Assembly (NCBI GenBank): GCA_040954595.2
Contig: JBECUI020000027.1
Coordinates: forward strand, 124,001 to 188,000
DNA: 64,000 nt
DNA from: Balanoglossus misakiensis
Lineage: Eukaryota > Animalia > Hemichordata
Reading direction: 5' to 3'
Positions 21,943-32,476 of this stretch are shown piece after piece (position 1 is the first letter of the stretch; each line of letters opens with the position of its first letter). The position numbers and the translations under genes are program-made. A model generated the notes under the pieces. It saw only the letters and a program-made list of their open reading frames with translations, did no database searches and was not told the DNA's origin.

Positions 21943-23225
21943 TCACCCTTGGCAAGGGCTTGGGATTCCTCTTCTATAGCCCTTATTTCATTGGATAGAA
22001 AGGCATGCCAGCCCTTTCTATCAATATGTTTTGCCGTGATAAAAATATCCTTATCCCCCCGCCCTGATACGCCGATTACAACCCGGCTAGCCTTAGGCAG
22101 GGTTGGAATAAGCTGCGGTAAATAGCCCAGGGCATGGGAACTTTCCAGGGCAGGAATAATACCTTCACAGGAACTAAGCAGCCGGTAGCCCAGCAGGGCT
22201 TCCTTATCGCTGCAAGCGGCAAACTCCACCCGGCCGCTATCGCCAAGCTGGGCCAATAGGGGGGAGATCCCCGCATAGTCCAATCCTGCACTTATGGAAT
22301 GGGTGGGCGAGAGCTGTCCCTCATCATTTTGCAAAAAATACGATTTGTAGCCTTGGGCTATGCCCACGGAGGCCCCCGATCCGGCAGGGCTATGATCGGA
22401 GTCTAGCCAAGCAAGTCGGACCGCATGCCTGTTAGCTTCCATACCCTCGCCTCCACCCTCAACCCCTATGCATCGAACTTTTTCTCCAAGATATGGAGTA
22501 AACAATCCAAGGGCATTCGAACCGCCCCCCACACAGGCCAGCAGCACATCGGGATGCTGCTCCTCGTATTCGCCGAACTGCCACATCAACTCCTTTCCAA
22601 TGATTGACTGAAAGTACTGCACAATAAGAGGATAGGGATGCGGGCCCAAGGCCGAACCCAAGAGATAATAGCTCGTGTCCACATTTTCCACCCAGAACTT
22701 AAGAGCCGCATTCACGGCATCCTTAAGAGTGCTGCTCCCTTCTCCCACAGGAACCACTGTGGCACCAAGCAGACGCATGGAAAAAACGTTGGGGAACTGC
22801 CTGCGCATATCAATCTCTCCCATGAAGATGGTGCATTTCAGGCCAAACCTTGCGCAGACCGATGCCACCGCCAGACCATGTTGTCCGGCTCCTGTTTCTG
22901 CAAGCACATGCTTTTTTCCCATGCGCTTTGCCAGGAGAACCTGACCCACCACATTGTTTATTTTATGTGCCCCGGTGTGACTGTGGCTTTCTAACTTGAG
23001 GTATATCTTCCCCCCCTTGGCTGTCATACCTAGCTCACGACTGAGATTCTCGGCATGATACAAGGGCGTAGGGCGTCCCACATAATCCTTGTATAGCCCC
23101 TCCATTTCCTCTTGATATGCCTTTTCCTCTTTGTAGTGGAAAAAGGCTTTCTCAAGCTCTTCCAGAGGAGTAATAAGCATTTCGGGAACAAACCTCCCCC
23201 CATATTTCCCAAAATAACCTTTCAT
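21939..23225 (-). CDS. trpB: Tryptophan synthase beta chain
   Basis: GYFGKYGGRFVPE, HTGAHKINN (PLP lysine), AETGAGQHG, CVGGGSNA, HSISAGLDY, SGRGDKD. Confidence 0.98.
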   Translation of the reverse strand: MKGYFGKYGGRFVPEMLITPLEELEKAFFHYKEEKAYQEEMEGLYKDYVGRPTPLYHAENLSRELGMTAKGGKIYLKLESHSHTGAHKINNVVGQVLLAKRMGKKHVLAETGAGQHGLAVASVCARFGLKCTIFMGEIDMRRQFPNVFSMRLLGATVVPVGEGSSTLKDAVNAALKFWVENVDTSYYLLGSALGPHPYPLIVQYFQSIIGKELMWQFGEYEEQHPDVLLACVGGGSNALGLFTPYLGEKVRCIGVEGGGEGMEANRHAVRLAWLDSDHSPAGSGASVGIAQGYKSYFLQNDEGQLSPTHSISAGLDYAGISPLLAQLGDSGRVEFAACSDKEALLGYRLLSSCEGIIPALESSHALGYLPQLIPTLPKASRVVIGVSGRGDKDIFITAKHIDRKGWHAFLSNEIRAIEEESQALAKGE

Positions 23226-23854
23226 TGGTAGGTCCTTATTTTCTTTATTAACTGTTCCATAAGACTGTGGTCTTTTTTCCCCCTGAACCTTTCTATGCCG
23301 CTGCTGATATCGACACCATAGGGACGATAGAGCAGAAGATTATCAATATTTTCTACAGTAATGCCCCCCGCAACAAAATAGGGTCCGGGGAAGTCCAGAT
23401 TTTCAAGGAAACGCCAATTAAAGCGCAGGCCAGATCCCCCGGCCAGACCATGAACCAAGCTGTCTAAGACTATGGCCTGAGCCCCATCAAGGTCCAGGGC
23501 CTTCATATCTTCTTGATTTTTTATCCTGCAAACCTTCCAGTAGGGAAGGTCTGTTCCTACCGAGGGAAGCTCCTTGTAGAGTTGGAGTACTTCCAGATGA
23601 GTCTCCTGGGCAATCGGTATGATCTCCTGAATCGGCGTATTCACAAAGAGCCCCACTCTCTGGGGAAGGTCAGCGAACTGCCGTTCCGACAGGGAATTTC
23701 TACACTTCCTTAGCATAGCGGTAAGTTCCATGGGCTCAATGTAGCGAGGGGAGTCTGGATGAAAAACAAAGCCTGTGTAATCGATTCCCAGCTCCGCTGC
23801 CTTTAAATAATCCTCCATGGTTTTCAGACCACAGTATTTTACCTTTACCGACAT
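23222..23854 (-). CDS. trpF: Phosphoribosylanthranilate isomerase
   Basis: KVKYCGL, GFVF..SPRYI, VGLFVN, GGSG..FNW, AGGI, GVDISSGIE...GKKD. Confidence 0.96.
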   Translation of the reverse strand: MSVKVKYCGLKTMEDYLKAAELGIDYTGFVFHPDSPRYIEPMELTAMLRKCRNSLSERQFADLPQRVGLFVNTPIQEIIPIAQETHLEVLQLYKELPSVGTDLPYWKVCRIKNQEDMKALDLDGAQAIVLDSLVHGLAGGSGLRFNWRFLENLDFPGPYFVAGGITVENIDNLLLYRPYGVDISSGIERFRGKKDHSLMEQLIKKIRTYQ

Positions 23855-23857
23855 TTC

Positions 23858-24649
23858 CTATCCCTCTTTTAGGAGCCGCATCTGTTGGGCAATGTCTTTG
23901 CTTTGCAAAAGAGACTGCCCAACAAGCATGCCAGAAAATTTATGTGTTCTGAGTCGGCTGACATCTTCCTGGGTAAAAATTCCTGACTCCGAAAGCACAG
24001 CGACACCTTGGGGAACATGGGGTCTTAAATCGATGGAGGTTTGCAGGTCCACACTAAAGTCACGCAAGTCTCTGTTGTTAATTCCCAAAAGCTTAGGCTC
24101 AAGCAACAAGGCCCTATCCAATTCTCTTTTGTTGTGTACCTCTATCAGGGCCGTCATGCCCAAATCAGCAATGTAATGCGATAGCTCCTTCAGCTGAACA
24201 TCACTGAGTATAGCAGCAATCAGCAGTACCAGGTCTGCTCCTGCCACCCAGGCCTCGTGTACCTGGTAAGGATGCACAATAAAATCCTTTCGCAGGAGGG
24301 GAAGAGAAGTTTTTTTTCGCACCAGAGCCAGATGCTCTATGCTTCCTTGAAAAAAACGCTCTTCAGTAAGTACAGAAAGGGCGTCGGCCCCGGCATTGGT
24401 GTAGAGTCCGGTCAGGAACTCAAGATTGTAATCTTTGCAGATTATGCCCTGGGAAGGAGAAGCTTTTTTCATTTCAGCAATCAGAAACAGCCTCCCTTCG
24501 GGAAATTCCGGAACAAGAGGAAGCCGTTTTTCCAAACCAAAACGATTCTCCCAGACTTCGGTAGGAACAAAGGCCTCCCAAAGGGACTGGTAACGTTTGG
24601 CCGTGCTGGCTACAATCCGGCTAAGGATGCCTTCTGTCTTCTTAGGCAT
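23858..24649 (-). CDS. trpC: Indole-3-glycerol phosphate synthase
   Basis: IAEMKKASPSQG, SVLTEERFFQGS, PLLRKDFI, GINNRDL, SESGI. Confidence 0.97.
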   Translation of the reverse strand: MPKKTEGILSRIVASTAKRYQSLWEAFVPTEVWENRFGLEKRLPLVPEFPEGRLFLIAEMKKASPSQGIICKDYNLEFLTGLYTNAGADALSVLTEERFFQGSIEHLALVRKKTSLPLLRKDFIVHPYQVHEAWVAGADLVLLIAAILSDVQLKELSHYIADLGMTALIEVHNKRELDRALLLEPKLLGINNRDLRDFSVDLQTSIDLRPHVPQGVAVLSESGIFTQEDVSRLRTHKFSGMLVGQSLLQSKDIAQQMRLLKEG

Positions 24650-26243
24650 GGCTTGTTTCTTTTATTAGGTTGAACTTTTCTATGGCTTTGCCCGAATCTA
24701 TGGTCCTAAGGGCAAGCTTAACACCCTCTGCTATGCTGGGGCTGAGTCCAGCCGTGTATATACCAGCACCAGCATTGAGTAGGACTATGTCCCGCTGGGG
24801 GCCCTTTTCCTTACCCGAAAGAATGTTCTCGATAATTTTTGCATTGTCCAGGGCGTCCCCTCCAATTAATTCTTCCCGCTTGCAATAAGAAAAGCCATAA
24901 TCTTGAGGATCAATCTTGTACTGTCGGCTCTTTCCTCCAATAATTTCTATAACCTCACATTTATCCGCAAGGCTTATCTCATCGAGACCATCCAGGGAAG
25001 AGACAACCAGAGCCCTTTGAATGCCGAGCCGCATAAGGGCCTTGGCCATTTTTACCATCAGTTCTCTCTGGAATACTCCCAGGAGTATGTTCGGCGGCCT
25101 GGAAGGATTCACCAAGGGACCCATAATGTTGAATACTGTGCTTGTTTTTAGCGCTCTTCGAACTCCAATAACGTTTTTCATGGCGGGGTGGTAGAGGGGA
25201 GCGAAGAGAAAGGCCATCCCACAGTCCCGCAGCATCATTTCCGCCTTTTCTCTGCTCGTGTCAATCTTCACCCCAAGAGCCTCAAGTACATCCGCACTTC
25301 CACAGCGTGAAGACACCGAACGATTACCATGCTTTGCCATACATGCCCCTGCGGCACTGGCCACAAAGGCACTACAGGTAGAGACATTGAAGGTGTTGCT
25401 CCTGTCCCCGCCTGTTCCCACAATATCTAGCAAATGCGTTGTATCTTGCACTTGCACTTTTATGGAATTTTGCAGGAAGGATTTGGCAAAGCCAGCAATT
25501 TCTTCCGAGGACTCCCCTTTCATCTTGAGAGCAATAAGAAGGGCGGCTTTGATTTCTGAAGGAATCTCCAGAAAATTGATTCCTTGCATTACTTCAAAGG
25601 CTTCATCAAAACTTAATGACTTACCGGAGACTACCTTATGCGTTAAAGAAATGACACGATCCCCGTTACCCGATCCAGCATTGAAACCCACCACTCTGTC
25701 CAGGATATTACCTCCAAATTTGGAGGCTATAGACTCCGGATGGAACTGCACTCCCTCCACAGGCAAGGTCTTGTGCCGTATACCCATTATCTCGCCATCT
25801 TCGCTTGTTGCCGTTACCTCCAGACAGTCAGGAATCGATTTCTCATCGATGACCAGAGAATGATAACGGGTTTGCAGAATGGGAGAAAAAACATCGGCGA
25901 ACACTCCCTGGCGCTGGTGTCTGATCGGCGATACTTTGCCATGATAAAGTTTATTAGCAATGCGTAACCGTCCCCCAAAAGCCACGGCAATGGCCTGGCA
26001 ACCCAAACAAACACCAAAAATCGGTATCTTCCCCGCAAAATGCTTAACAAGAGGCAAGGTAATGCCGGCATTTTCAGGAACCTTGGGCCCGGGGGAAAGA
26101 ATAATATAATCCGGTTTGAGTTCTTCTATTTCTTTCAGACTGATGCGATTGTTGCGGTATACCTTTACGGTGTAATTTCTTCGGCGATAATGTTCAACAA
26201 TGTTATAAGTAAAAGAATCAAAGTTATCTATTATTACAATCAT
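24642..26243 (-). CDS. trpGD: Bifunctional anthranilate synthase component II / anthranilate phosphoribosyltransferase (TrpG-TrpD fusion)
   Basis: True start MIVIIDNFDSFTYN at 26243 (ATGA overlap with trpE); SPGP, GVCLG, RYHSL, GVQFHPES, then DIVGTGGD, NVST, KHGNRSVSSRCGSAD. Confidence 0.95.
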   Translation of the reverse strand: MIVIIDNFDSFTYNIVEHYRRRNYTVKVYRNNRISLKEIEELKPDYIILSPGPKVPENAGITLPLVKHFAGKIPIFGVCLGCQAIAVAFGGRLRIANKLYHGKVSPIRHQRQGVFADVFSPILQTRYHSLVIDEKSIPDCLEVTATSEDGEIMGIRHKTLPVEGVQFHPESIASKFGGNILDRVVGFNAGSGNGDRVISLTHKVVSGKSLSFDEAFEVMQGINFLEIPSEIKAALLIALKMKGESSEEIAGFAKSFLQNSIKVQVQDTTHLLDIVGTGGDRSNTFNVSTCSAFVASAAGACMAKHGNRSVSSRCGSADVLEALGVKIDTSREKAEMMLRDCGMAFLFAPLYHPAMKNVIGVRRALKTSTVFNIMGPLVNPSRPPNILLGVFQRELMVKMAKALMRLGIQRALVVSSLDGLDEISLADKCEVIEIIGGKSRQYKIDPQDYGFSYCKREELIGGDALDNAKIIENILSGKEKGPQRDIVLLNAGAGIYTAGLSPSIAEGVKLALRTIDSGKAIEKFNLIKETSHA

Positions 26244-27760
26244 GAGCCCTCCCTGAACGAAGAACGTGACACCTTTCCTATAGCATTGAGCAAGGCCCCC
26301 AGTTTTGCCTGGGTTTCTTCGTATTCTTTTTCTTCCTGAGAATCCGCCACAACTCCGCAACCTGCCTGCAAGTAGGCTTTGTTGTCTTTTATTACCAAGG
26401 TTCTTATAGCTATGCAGGAATCCAAATAACCGTCGTAACCAAGAGTAAGAATCATGCCCCCATAGACCTTTCTCTTGCATTCTTCTAAGCGGCTGATTAT
26501 GTTCATCGCCTCAATTTTGGGGGCACCGGTTAGGGTACCGGCAGGAAAAGTGGCCTTAATCAGATCAAAAGAATCCTTCCCTTCTTCTATGCGGCCTGTA
26601 ATGGAAGAAACAATATGATGCACATGGGAATAGCTTTCCACATTCATGTATTCCTTGACTTCAACCGTTCCTGGTTTGGAAATACGGTGCAAATCGTTAC
26701 GTCCTAGATCCACCAGCATGAGGTGCTCGGCATTCTCTTTATTATCTTCTAGCAAAGACTGCTTTAAGTCTCTGTCCTCCGTCTCGTTTCTGCCCCTGCG
26801 TATTGTACCGGCTATGGGTTTAAGGGTTATCTCGTCCCCCCGAAGCTTCACCATGGTTTCAGGAGATGATCCAATAATGGCAAAGTCATCAAAGTTTAGG
26901 TAGTACATATAAGGGGAGGGGTTTATATGCCTGAGATGCATGTATACAGCCAGTTCCTTATTTCCAGGAATGGAGGCGAGTACCTGATGGGATATAACTA
27001 CTTGAATAATATCTCCCCGATTGATGCATTCCTTGGCATGGCTTACCTTCTTCATAAAGGCTTCCTTCCCCGTCAATTCACTAATCTGTACCGTGGAGGG
27101 AGCTAGGTTCACCCCCATGGCCGTATTTTGTAAATCTTCCATGTTGCTATGGGAAATGGCATGCCACAGGCCGCCGATGGAATTAAGGGCGTTCTCGTAC
27201 TGTATTTCCAAAGAGACATCGAGAGTCCTATCTATGTAGTCAATAATGCTCAAGGTATTATTGACATGATCCAGTACCAAAAGTTGACTGGGCTGCACCA
27301 AGATTCCATCGGGAATGGCAATCTCTTCTTTATCGTGTATATTTTCTATGTCCTCAAAATAGGAAACCGTCTCATAACCCAGATAACCGATCAGACCGCC
27401 CCAAAAGGGAGGAACTGGCTCGGGAAGGTCCAGGTCGTCAAGGGGAGACAGATATTCTTTCATGATTTTCTGCACATAATCCAAAGGATTTTTTTCAGAC
27501 TCTGTTTTATAGACACAAGAAAGTTTATTGTTCTGTAACTGCCAGTCCTCCAAGGTGTTTTTGTTCAGAACAAACTTCCGTCTTACTCCTTTGGCAATAA
27601 CAGAATACCGTCCTATCATCTCACTGTTTTTAATGGATTCTAAAAGGTACTGAGACCCTGTTTTAAGGTAAATGGATAATGCGGTATCAAAGTCTACAGG
27701 ATAGTTGCCTATGACCGGAGCAATGCTGTGATCCCGCAAAAACTTTTTATAAAGATGCAT
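26240..27760 (-). CDS. trpE: Anthranilate synthase component I
   Basis: LLES..GRYS, GG.IGYLGYE, NPSPYMY, GSSPE, PIAGT, AEHLMLVDLGRND, FPAGTLTGAPK, QAGCGVVADS. Confidence 0.96.
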   Translation of the reverse strand: MHLYKKFLRDHSIAPVIGNYPVDFDTALSIYLKTGSQYLLESIKNSEMIGRYSVIAKGVRRKFVLNKNTLEDWQLQNNKLSCVYKTESEKNPLDYVQKIMKEYLSPLDDLDLPEPVPPFWGGLIGYLGYETVSYFEDIENIHDKEEIAIPDGILVQPSQLLVLDHVNNTLSIIDYIDRTLDVSLEIQYENALNSIGGLWHAISHSNMEDLQNTAMGVNLAPSTVQISELTGKEAFMKKVSHAKECINRGDIIQVVISHQVLASIPGNKELAVYMHLRHINPSPYMYYLNFDDFAIIGSSPETMVKLRGDEITLKPIAGTIRRGRNETEDRDLKQSLLEDNKENAEHLMLVDLGRNDLHRISKPGTVEVKEYMNVESYSHVHHIVSSITGRIEEGKDSFDLIKATFPAGTLTGAPKIEAMNIISRLEECKRKVYGGMILTLGYDGYLDSCIAIRTLVIKDNKAYLQAGCGVVADSQEEKEYEETQAKLGALLNAIGKVSRSSFREGS

Positions 27761-27855
27761 GTTTCCCTCTCTTCCTTCAGTTTCACCGACCCGTATCCAA
27801 ATCGGCCATGCTTACTTCTAAAAGGCTACAGCACCCGATTTATAAAAAACAAGTT

Positions 27856-29037
27856 TTAAATTCTTATCTTCTTAAGACGCTCTACAGCCAGGGCAATATC
27901 TTCCCGCCTTCCGTAGGCACTAAGGCGAATAAATCCCTGACCGCTTGAACCAAAACCCGAGCCTGGAGTGGAGACAATATGGGCTTCTTCAAGCAGCTGC
28001 TGGAACACTTCCCAGGAGTCTTTTCCTGGACAAGACAACCAGAGATAGGGGGCATTGATACCGCCAAAGACCGTATAGCCCATCTGTTCCAGGGTAGTTT
28101 TGATAAGCCTTGCATTTCCCAGGTAGAAATCCACAAGACTGTCAATCTCCTTTAGACCCTGGGCCTCAAGAACAGCAAGTCCCCCCTTCTGAGCAATATT
28201 GGAGGCTCCGTTGAACAAGGTGGAGGTGACCCTGTCCCAGTCATTCCTGACTGGCATTCCATTGCTATACTTCAAAGCCTCAGGCAGCACGCTCCAACCA
28301 AGCCGAACTCCTGTGAAACCCGCTGATTTAGAAAAAGAACCCACCTCAATGGCAACTTCCCTTGCCCCCTCTATTTCGTAGATGCTCCGAGGCAATTCAG
28401 GATCTTGTATATAGGCGGCGTAGGCCGAATCAAAGATGATAATGGAGCGGTTTCTCCTTGCGTAGGCAACAAATTCCTCCAGTTGGGGGCGGGTGTAGAC
28501 AAAGCCAACAGGATTATTGGGAGAGCAGAGATAAAGAAGGTCCACCCGGGGCAGACGCGCCAGGTCGGGAAAGAAATTATTGTCGGGGGAGTGAGGCAGG
28601 AAATGAATCTTCTTTATACCTTGAATAATGCTCCCATCAACATACACCGGGTAGGCAGGATTTTGAACTGCCACCGACAGATCCCCACCAAAAAGAACCT
28701 GCAATCTGGCTATGTCACATTTGGCACCATCGGAAACAAAAACCTCTTCGCTGGTAACTGAGCCCTTGTAGATAACAGCCGCTATTTTTTCCCTTAAAGC
28801 TTCCTCTCCCTTCTCTTCGCCATACCCCGTGTAACCCTCGGGGCTGCCTAGACCCTCTGAAGCTCCTACAAGAGCCTGGGTGATGCTGAGAGGGATGGGC
28901 TCGGTGGTATCTCCAATACCCAGCGAAATGAGCCGTACTCCAGGACGACTTTCCAGAAATTTCCGTTTCCGCAGGTTGATTTCTGGAAAAAGATAGTTCT
29001 GCTTCAAAGCTGCCAATTTCTCGTTGCGTCTAATCAC
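27856..29037 (-). CDS. dapL: LL-diaminopimelate aminotransferase
   Basis: YLFPEI, ISLGIGDTTEP, GYG.E.G, FVSDGAKCD, CSPNNP, SFSKSAGFTGVRLG, NAPY.W, TPGSGFG. Confidence 0.95.
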   Translation of the reverse strand: MIRRNEKLAALKQNYLFPEINLRKRKFLESRPGVRLISLGIGDTTEPIPLSITQALVGASEGLGSPEGYTGYGEEKGEEALREKIAAVIYKGSVTSEEVFVSDGAKCDIARLQVLFGGDLSVAVQNPAYPVYVDGSIIQGIKKIHFLPHSPDNNFFPDLARLPRVDLLYLCSPNNPVGFVYTRPQLEEFVAYARRNRSIIIFDSAYAAYIQDPELPRSIYEIEGAREVAIEVGSFSKSAGFTGVRLGWSVLPEALKYSNGMPVRNDWDRVTSTLFNGASNIAQKGGLAVLEAQGLKEIDSLVDFYLGNARLIKTTLEQMGYTVFGGINAPYLWLSCPGKDSWEVFQQLLEEAHIVSTPGSGFGSSGQGFIRLSAYGRREDIALAVERLKKIRI

Positions 29038-30332
29038 AATATATCCTCTGGAACATGCGTCCCTCGTATCAGATCGGCATAGGTCTCCCGTTCCCGAATT
29101 AAGCCTACCCTTCCCTTAGAAATCAGGACTTCCGCCGCCCTGGGCCGACTATTGTACTGAGAGCTCATGCAAAATCCATAGGCACCAGTATTCAGAAAAA
29201 CCAGTCTGTCTCCCAGGGTTATTTTGGATGGGAGCATCCGGTCTCGGGCAAGAACATCGGTGTTTTCACAAACCTGACCGACAACATTAACCGGCACATC
29301 TCCCGGAGCCTCAAGGTCTTCCGCATAGAGAATATGATGATAGGCCTCATAGAGGGCCGGACGCAGCAAAGTGTGCATGCCAGCATCAACACCAATAAAC
29401 TTCTTATGGCTTTCTTTTATAGAGCTCACTGTGCTGATAAGAATTCCCGCATCACAGACAAGATACCTGCCTGGTTCATGGATAAGCTGAGGCTCTCCCA
29501 TACCATACTGGCGTAGTTTCTCCCGCATTTTCCCTACAACAGATTGGGCAACAGCCTCAATATCCAGCTCCTCCTGCTCTGGGAGATAGGCAACACCCAG
29601 GGACCCACCAATGTCAATAAAATCAAAGGAGATACGAAGCTTCTGAGCAATGGAACCGGCAATATCGAGAAGTTTTTCCACAACTTCTTCAAAGTATTGG
29701 GGAGAAAGAATGTTGGAGCCGGTCATCATGTGGATTCCGAATCTCTCCACTCCTAGCTCCTTGGCCTTGTAATACGTCTTCTCAATGTCTTCCTCAATGA
29801 TTCCAAACTTGGCATTGGGACCGGCAAAAACAAGACCCTCGGCTCCGCTGCTTCCAATTCCAGGATTGACACGGAAGCAGAGAGATTTGGGAACCCCCAA
29901 CTTTTTTAAACGCTCAAGATGACTCACATCCTCAAGATTGAGAAGAACTTTTTGCTCCAGGGCATCACGAAATTCCCCATCTTCGTTGTAGACTCCCGAA
30001 TAAAGGATTTTCTCCGAAGGTATACCGGCATGGCGTGCCATGCGGATCTCAGGGATACAGGAGGCATCCGCCCCGGCTCCCTCCTTGGCCAGAATTCTTA
30101 TTATAGCGGGGTTGTTGTTGGCCTTGATGGCATACTGAATTTTGAAATGTGGATAGATCTTCCGGTAAGCCTCCACAAGGCGCCAGTAGTTGTTTCGTAT
30201 TCTACCCGCACTGTACACATAGAGCGGCGTACCAAATTCATCGGCAAGCTGTCTTACACTCATGCCATCAAAATAGAGTTCCCCCCCCCGATTCTCCAGT
30301 TCCGTAACGCTCTTCCAAAGTTGTTTTCTCAT
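29034..30332 (-). CDS. lysA: Diaminopimelate decarboxylase
   Basis: FGTPLYVY, YAIKAN, RVNPG, KFGI, DIGG, EPGRYLV, LRPALYEAYH, VGQVCENTD, GAYG..MSSQYNSRPR. Confidence 0.96.
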   Translation of the reverse strand: MRKQLWKSVTELENRGGELYFDGMSVRQLADEFGTPLYVYSAGRIRNNYWRLVEAYRKIYPHFKIQYAIKANNNPAIIRILAKEGAGADASCIPEIRMARHAGIPSEKILYSGVYNEDGEFRDALEQKVLLNLEDVSHLERLKKLGVPKSLCFRVNPGIGSSGAEGLVFAGPNAKFGIIEEDIEKTYYKAKELGVERFGIHMMTGSNILSPQYFEEVVEKLLDIAGSIAQKLRISFDFIDIGGSLGVAYLPEQEELDIEAVAQSVVGKMREKLRQYGMGEPQLIHEPGRYLVCDAGILISTVSSIKESHKKFIGVDAGMHTLLRPALYEAYHHILYAEDLEAPGDVPVNVVGQVCENTDVLARDRMLPSKITLGDRLVFLNTGAYGFCMSSQYNSRPRAAEVLISKGRVGLIRERETYADLIRGTHVPEDIL

Positions 30333-31411
30333 TGTACTTTTTCTAAATATCCTTGGTCATACAGAAGTTCCGCATTCAACAAGCCGCCCTTGGCAGCTCC
30401 CCGCATTACATTATGGGAAAGGGCTACAAAACGAAAATCAAAGACAGAGCATTCCCGCAATCTTCCCAACACGACAGCCATACCTCCTCCAGCATCTCTA
30501 TCGAGTCTGGGTTGAGGGCGGTTTGCTTCTTCTTTGTACACAAGAGGTCTTGAGGGAGCAGAGGGCAGCTTCCGTTTCTGGGGCAGGCCCCGAAATTCAC
30601 TCCACAAAGTCAGAACTTCTTCTTTTCTAGGCTTCTTCTCGAATAATACCGAAACACAAGCCAGATGACCATCGGTAACAGGAACACGATTGCAATGAGC
30701 TGAAATGACAATCCCCTTGTGTATGCCAATTCCCTCTTTTCCAAGTTCACCTAAAATTTTTAAGGGCTCTTTCTCTGACTTTTCTTCTTCTCCACCTATG
30801 TGGGGAACTATGTTATCAAGAACATCCAGGGAAGAAACACCGGGATATCCAGCCCCACTTACGGCCTGCATGGTAGAGACAATGAGTTTTTTAATACCGA
30901 ATTGGCCATGCAGCGCATACAAAGGCAACAGGTAGCTTTGTAGGGAGCAGTTTGGTTTAACGACAATAAAACCTTTATTCCAATTTCTGTTCCTTTGCTG
31001 GTATGGAATGATTCCCAGATGCTCAGGGTTGATTTCAGGAATCAAGAGAGGCACATCAGGATCCATACGGTGACAGGAGGCATTGGAGACCACCGGTATG
31101 CCTGCGGCGGCATACTGTTTTTCGTATATCCTGGCAACCTTTGTTCCCACGGCAGAAAAGACAAAACTACATTGTTCCCCAGCAAGGTCAATTTGATCTA
31201 TGCGATGGATGGGTAGAGAAAGTATGGCAGCTGAGATAGAATCGGAACTGAGCTCTCTTTCCTCAAGAACTTCTGCATAACTTCTTCCAGCAGATTTCTC
31301 CGAAGCTGCCAAAAACGAAACTTCAAAAAAAGGATGATCCCGAAGCAAGTGGGCATAGGTTCGGCCTACCATGCCTGTAGCACCTAAAATTCCAACACGT
31401 AACTTATTCAA
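30329..31411 (-). CDS. asd: Aspartate-semialdehyde dehydrogenase
   Basis: [53 protein letters not shown]; start probably TTG at 31411 after GAGGTGG. Confidence 0.95.
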   Translation of the reverse strand: MNKLRVGILGATGMVGRTYAHLLRDHPFFEVSFLAASEKSAGRSYAEVLEERELSSDSISAAILSLPIHRIDQIDLAGEQCSFVFSAVGTKVARIYEKQYAAAGIPVVSNASCHRMDPDVPLLIPEINPEHLGIIPYQQRNRNWNKGFIVVKPNCSLQSYLLPLYALHGQFGIKKLIVSTMQAVSGAGYPGVSSLDVLDNIVPHIGGEEEKSEKEPLKILGELGKEGIGIHKGIVISAHCNRVPVTDGHLACVSVLFEKKPRKEEVLTLWSEFRGLPQKRKLPSAPSRPLVYKEEANRPQPRLDRDAGGGMAVVLGRLRECSVFDFRFVALSHNVMRGAAKGGLLNAELLYDQGYLEKVQ

Positions 31412-31792
31412 TTTCCACCTCAACAACACTTCCTGTCTTAAATTTTTTTACAATGTTACCCCGTGCCCAGCACGGACTAAAAGAGAAACCAATGACTAGG
31501 GTTGAACCGCCAAGCCCGCCCAGGGCAACTCAAATAAAGAAGGGGCAAGCTCTCATTCCTTCCCGTCCACATGAGTTTCACGATTTGAACACCATAAAAA
31601 CGCCAACGGGGATTAAGCAGATCCCCAACCCTCCAGATTCACTTCCCTCTTCCTCATTCATGCTATCAGAAACAGCCCAGATTCTTGGAAGGCCCGTCTC
31701 TACAGCCCTTACTGCCTGTCTATGCTATGACAAAAGCCCATTTTATTTAATCTCACTTGGAAAAGGGCACACAACAAACCTGGGTTCCTAGC

Positions 31793-32476
31793 TCAATCCT
31801 TTTGGGAGACTGCTTTTACGTAGTCTTCCAGGGCATAGAACCCTTTTTTCCCCATGAGCCATTCAGCTGCCTTGATGGCCCCTTTGGCAAAACCCTCCCG
31901 GCTGCGAGCTTCGTGAGAAATAGAAATGGTATCATAGGGGGAATCAAACATCACTTGATGCGTCCCAGGGAAAGAACCCAGTCTAACCGACGACATGGGC
32001 AACCTATCCAGGCGATCGATTCTTTTTTCCAGACGGCGGCAGATCTCCAAGGCCGTTCCCGAAGGAGAATCGAGTTTCTTAGAATGATGAATTTCCAAGC
32101 CAGCAGACTCATATTCCGCAAAATGATTGAGAATTTCTGCACCGTATTCAAGGATTTTCAAGAAAATATGGAGCCCAAGAGAGAAATTCGGGGCATAAAG
32201 TACCCCTATCTCTGAATTTTTTACTATTGATTTAGCTTCTTCCAACTGGGATTCCCATCCCGTCGTGCCAATAACAAGATTCATGTTGAGCCGCAGGCAT
32301 TCTTTTAGATTCCCGATAACGGCACTGGAATGGGAGAAATCTATGCCTATATCGGCCGCCTCAATCCCTTCCCAATGGTCATCGTCCACCGTCACGCGGC
32401 AGACAATCTGATGCCCGATAGCCATCTTCTCAACCATTTCTCCCATTTTGCCATAACCAATAAGGGCAATCTTCAT
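31793..32476 (-). CDS. dapB: 4-hydroxy-tetrahydrodipicolinate reductase (short type)
   Basis: IGYGKMG, IDFS, VIGTTGW, APNFSLG, EIHH..KLDSPSGTA, H.A.SR.GFA.GA. Confidence 0.96.
   Translation of the reverse strand: MKIALIGYGKMGEMVEKMAIGHQIVCRVTVDDDHWEGIEAADIGIDFSHSSAVIGNLKECLRLNMNLVIGTTGWESQLEEAKSIVKNSEIGVLYAPNFSLGLHIFLKILEYGAEILNHFAEYESAGLEIHHSKKLDSPSGTALEICRRLEKRIDRLDRLPMSSVRLGSFPGTHQVMFDSPYDTISISHEARSREGFAKGAIKAAEWLMGKKGFYALEDYVKAVSQKD

Noticed and set aside
26244-26480. N-terminal 79-aa extension of the trpGD ORF
   Set aside because: It overlaps trpE in another frame; the TrpG motif starts at 26243
27761-27855. trp attenuator or T-box before trpE
   Set aside because: The 95-bp gap shows no Trp-rich leader peptide or T-box motif
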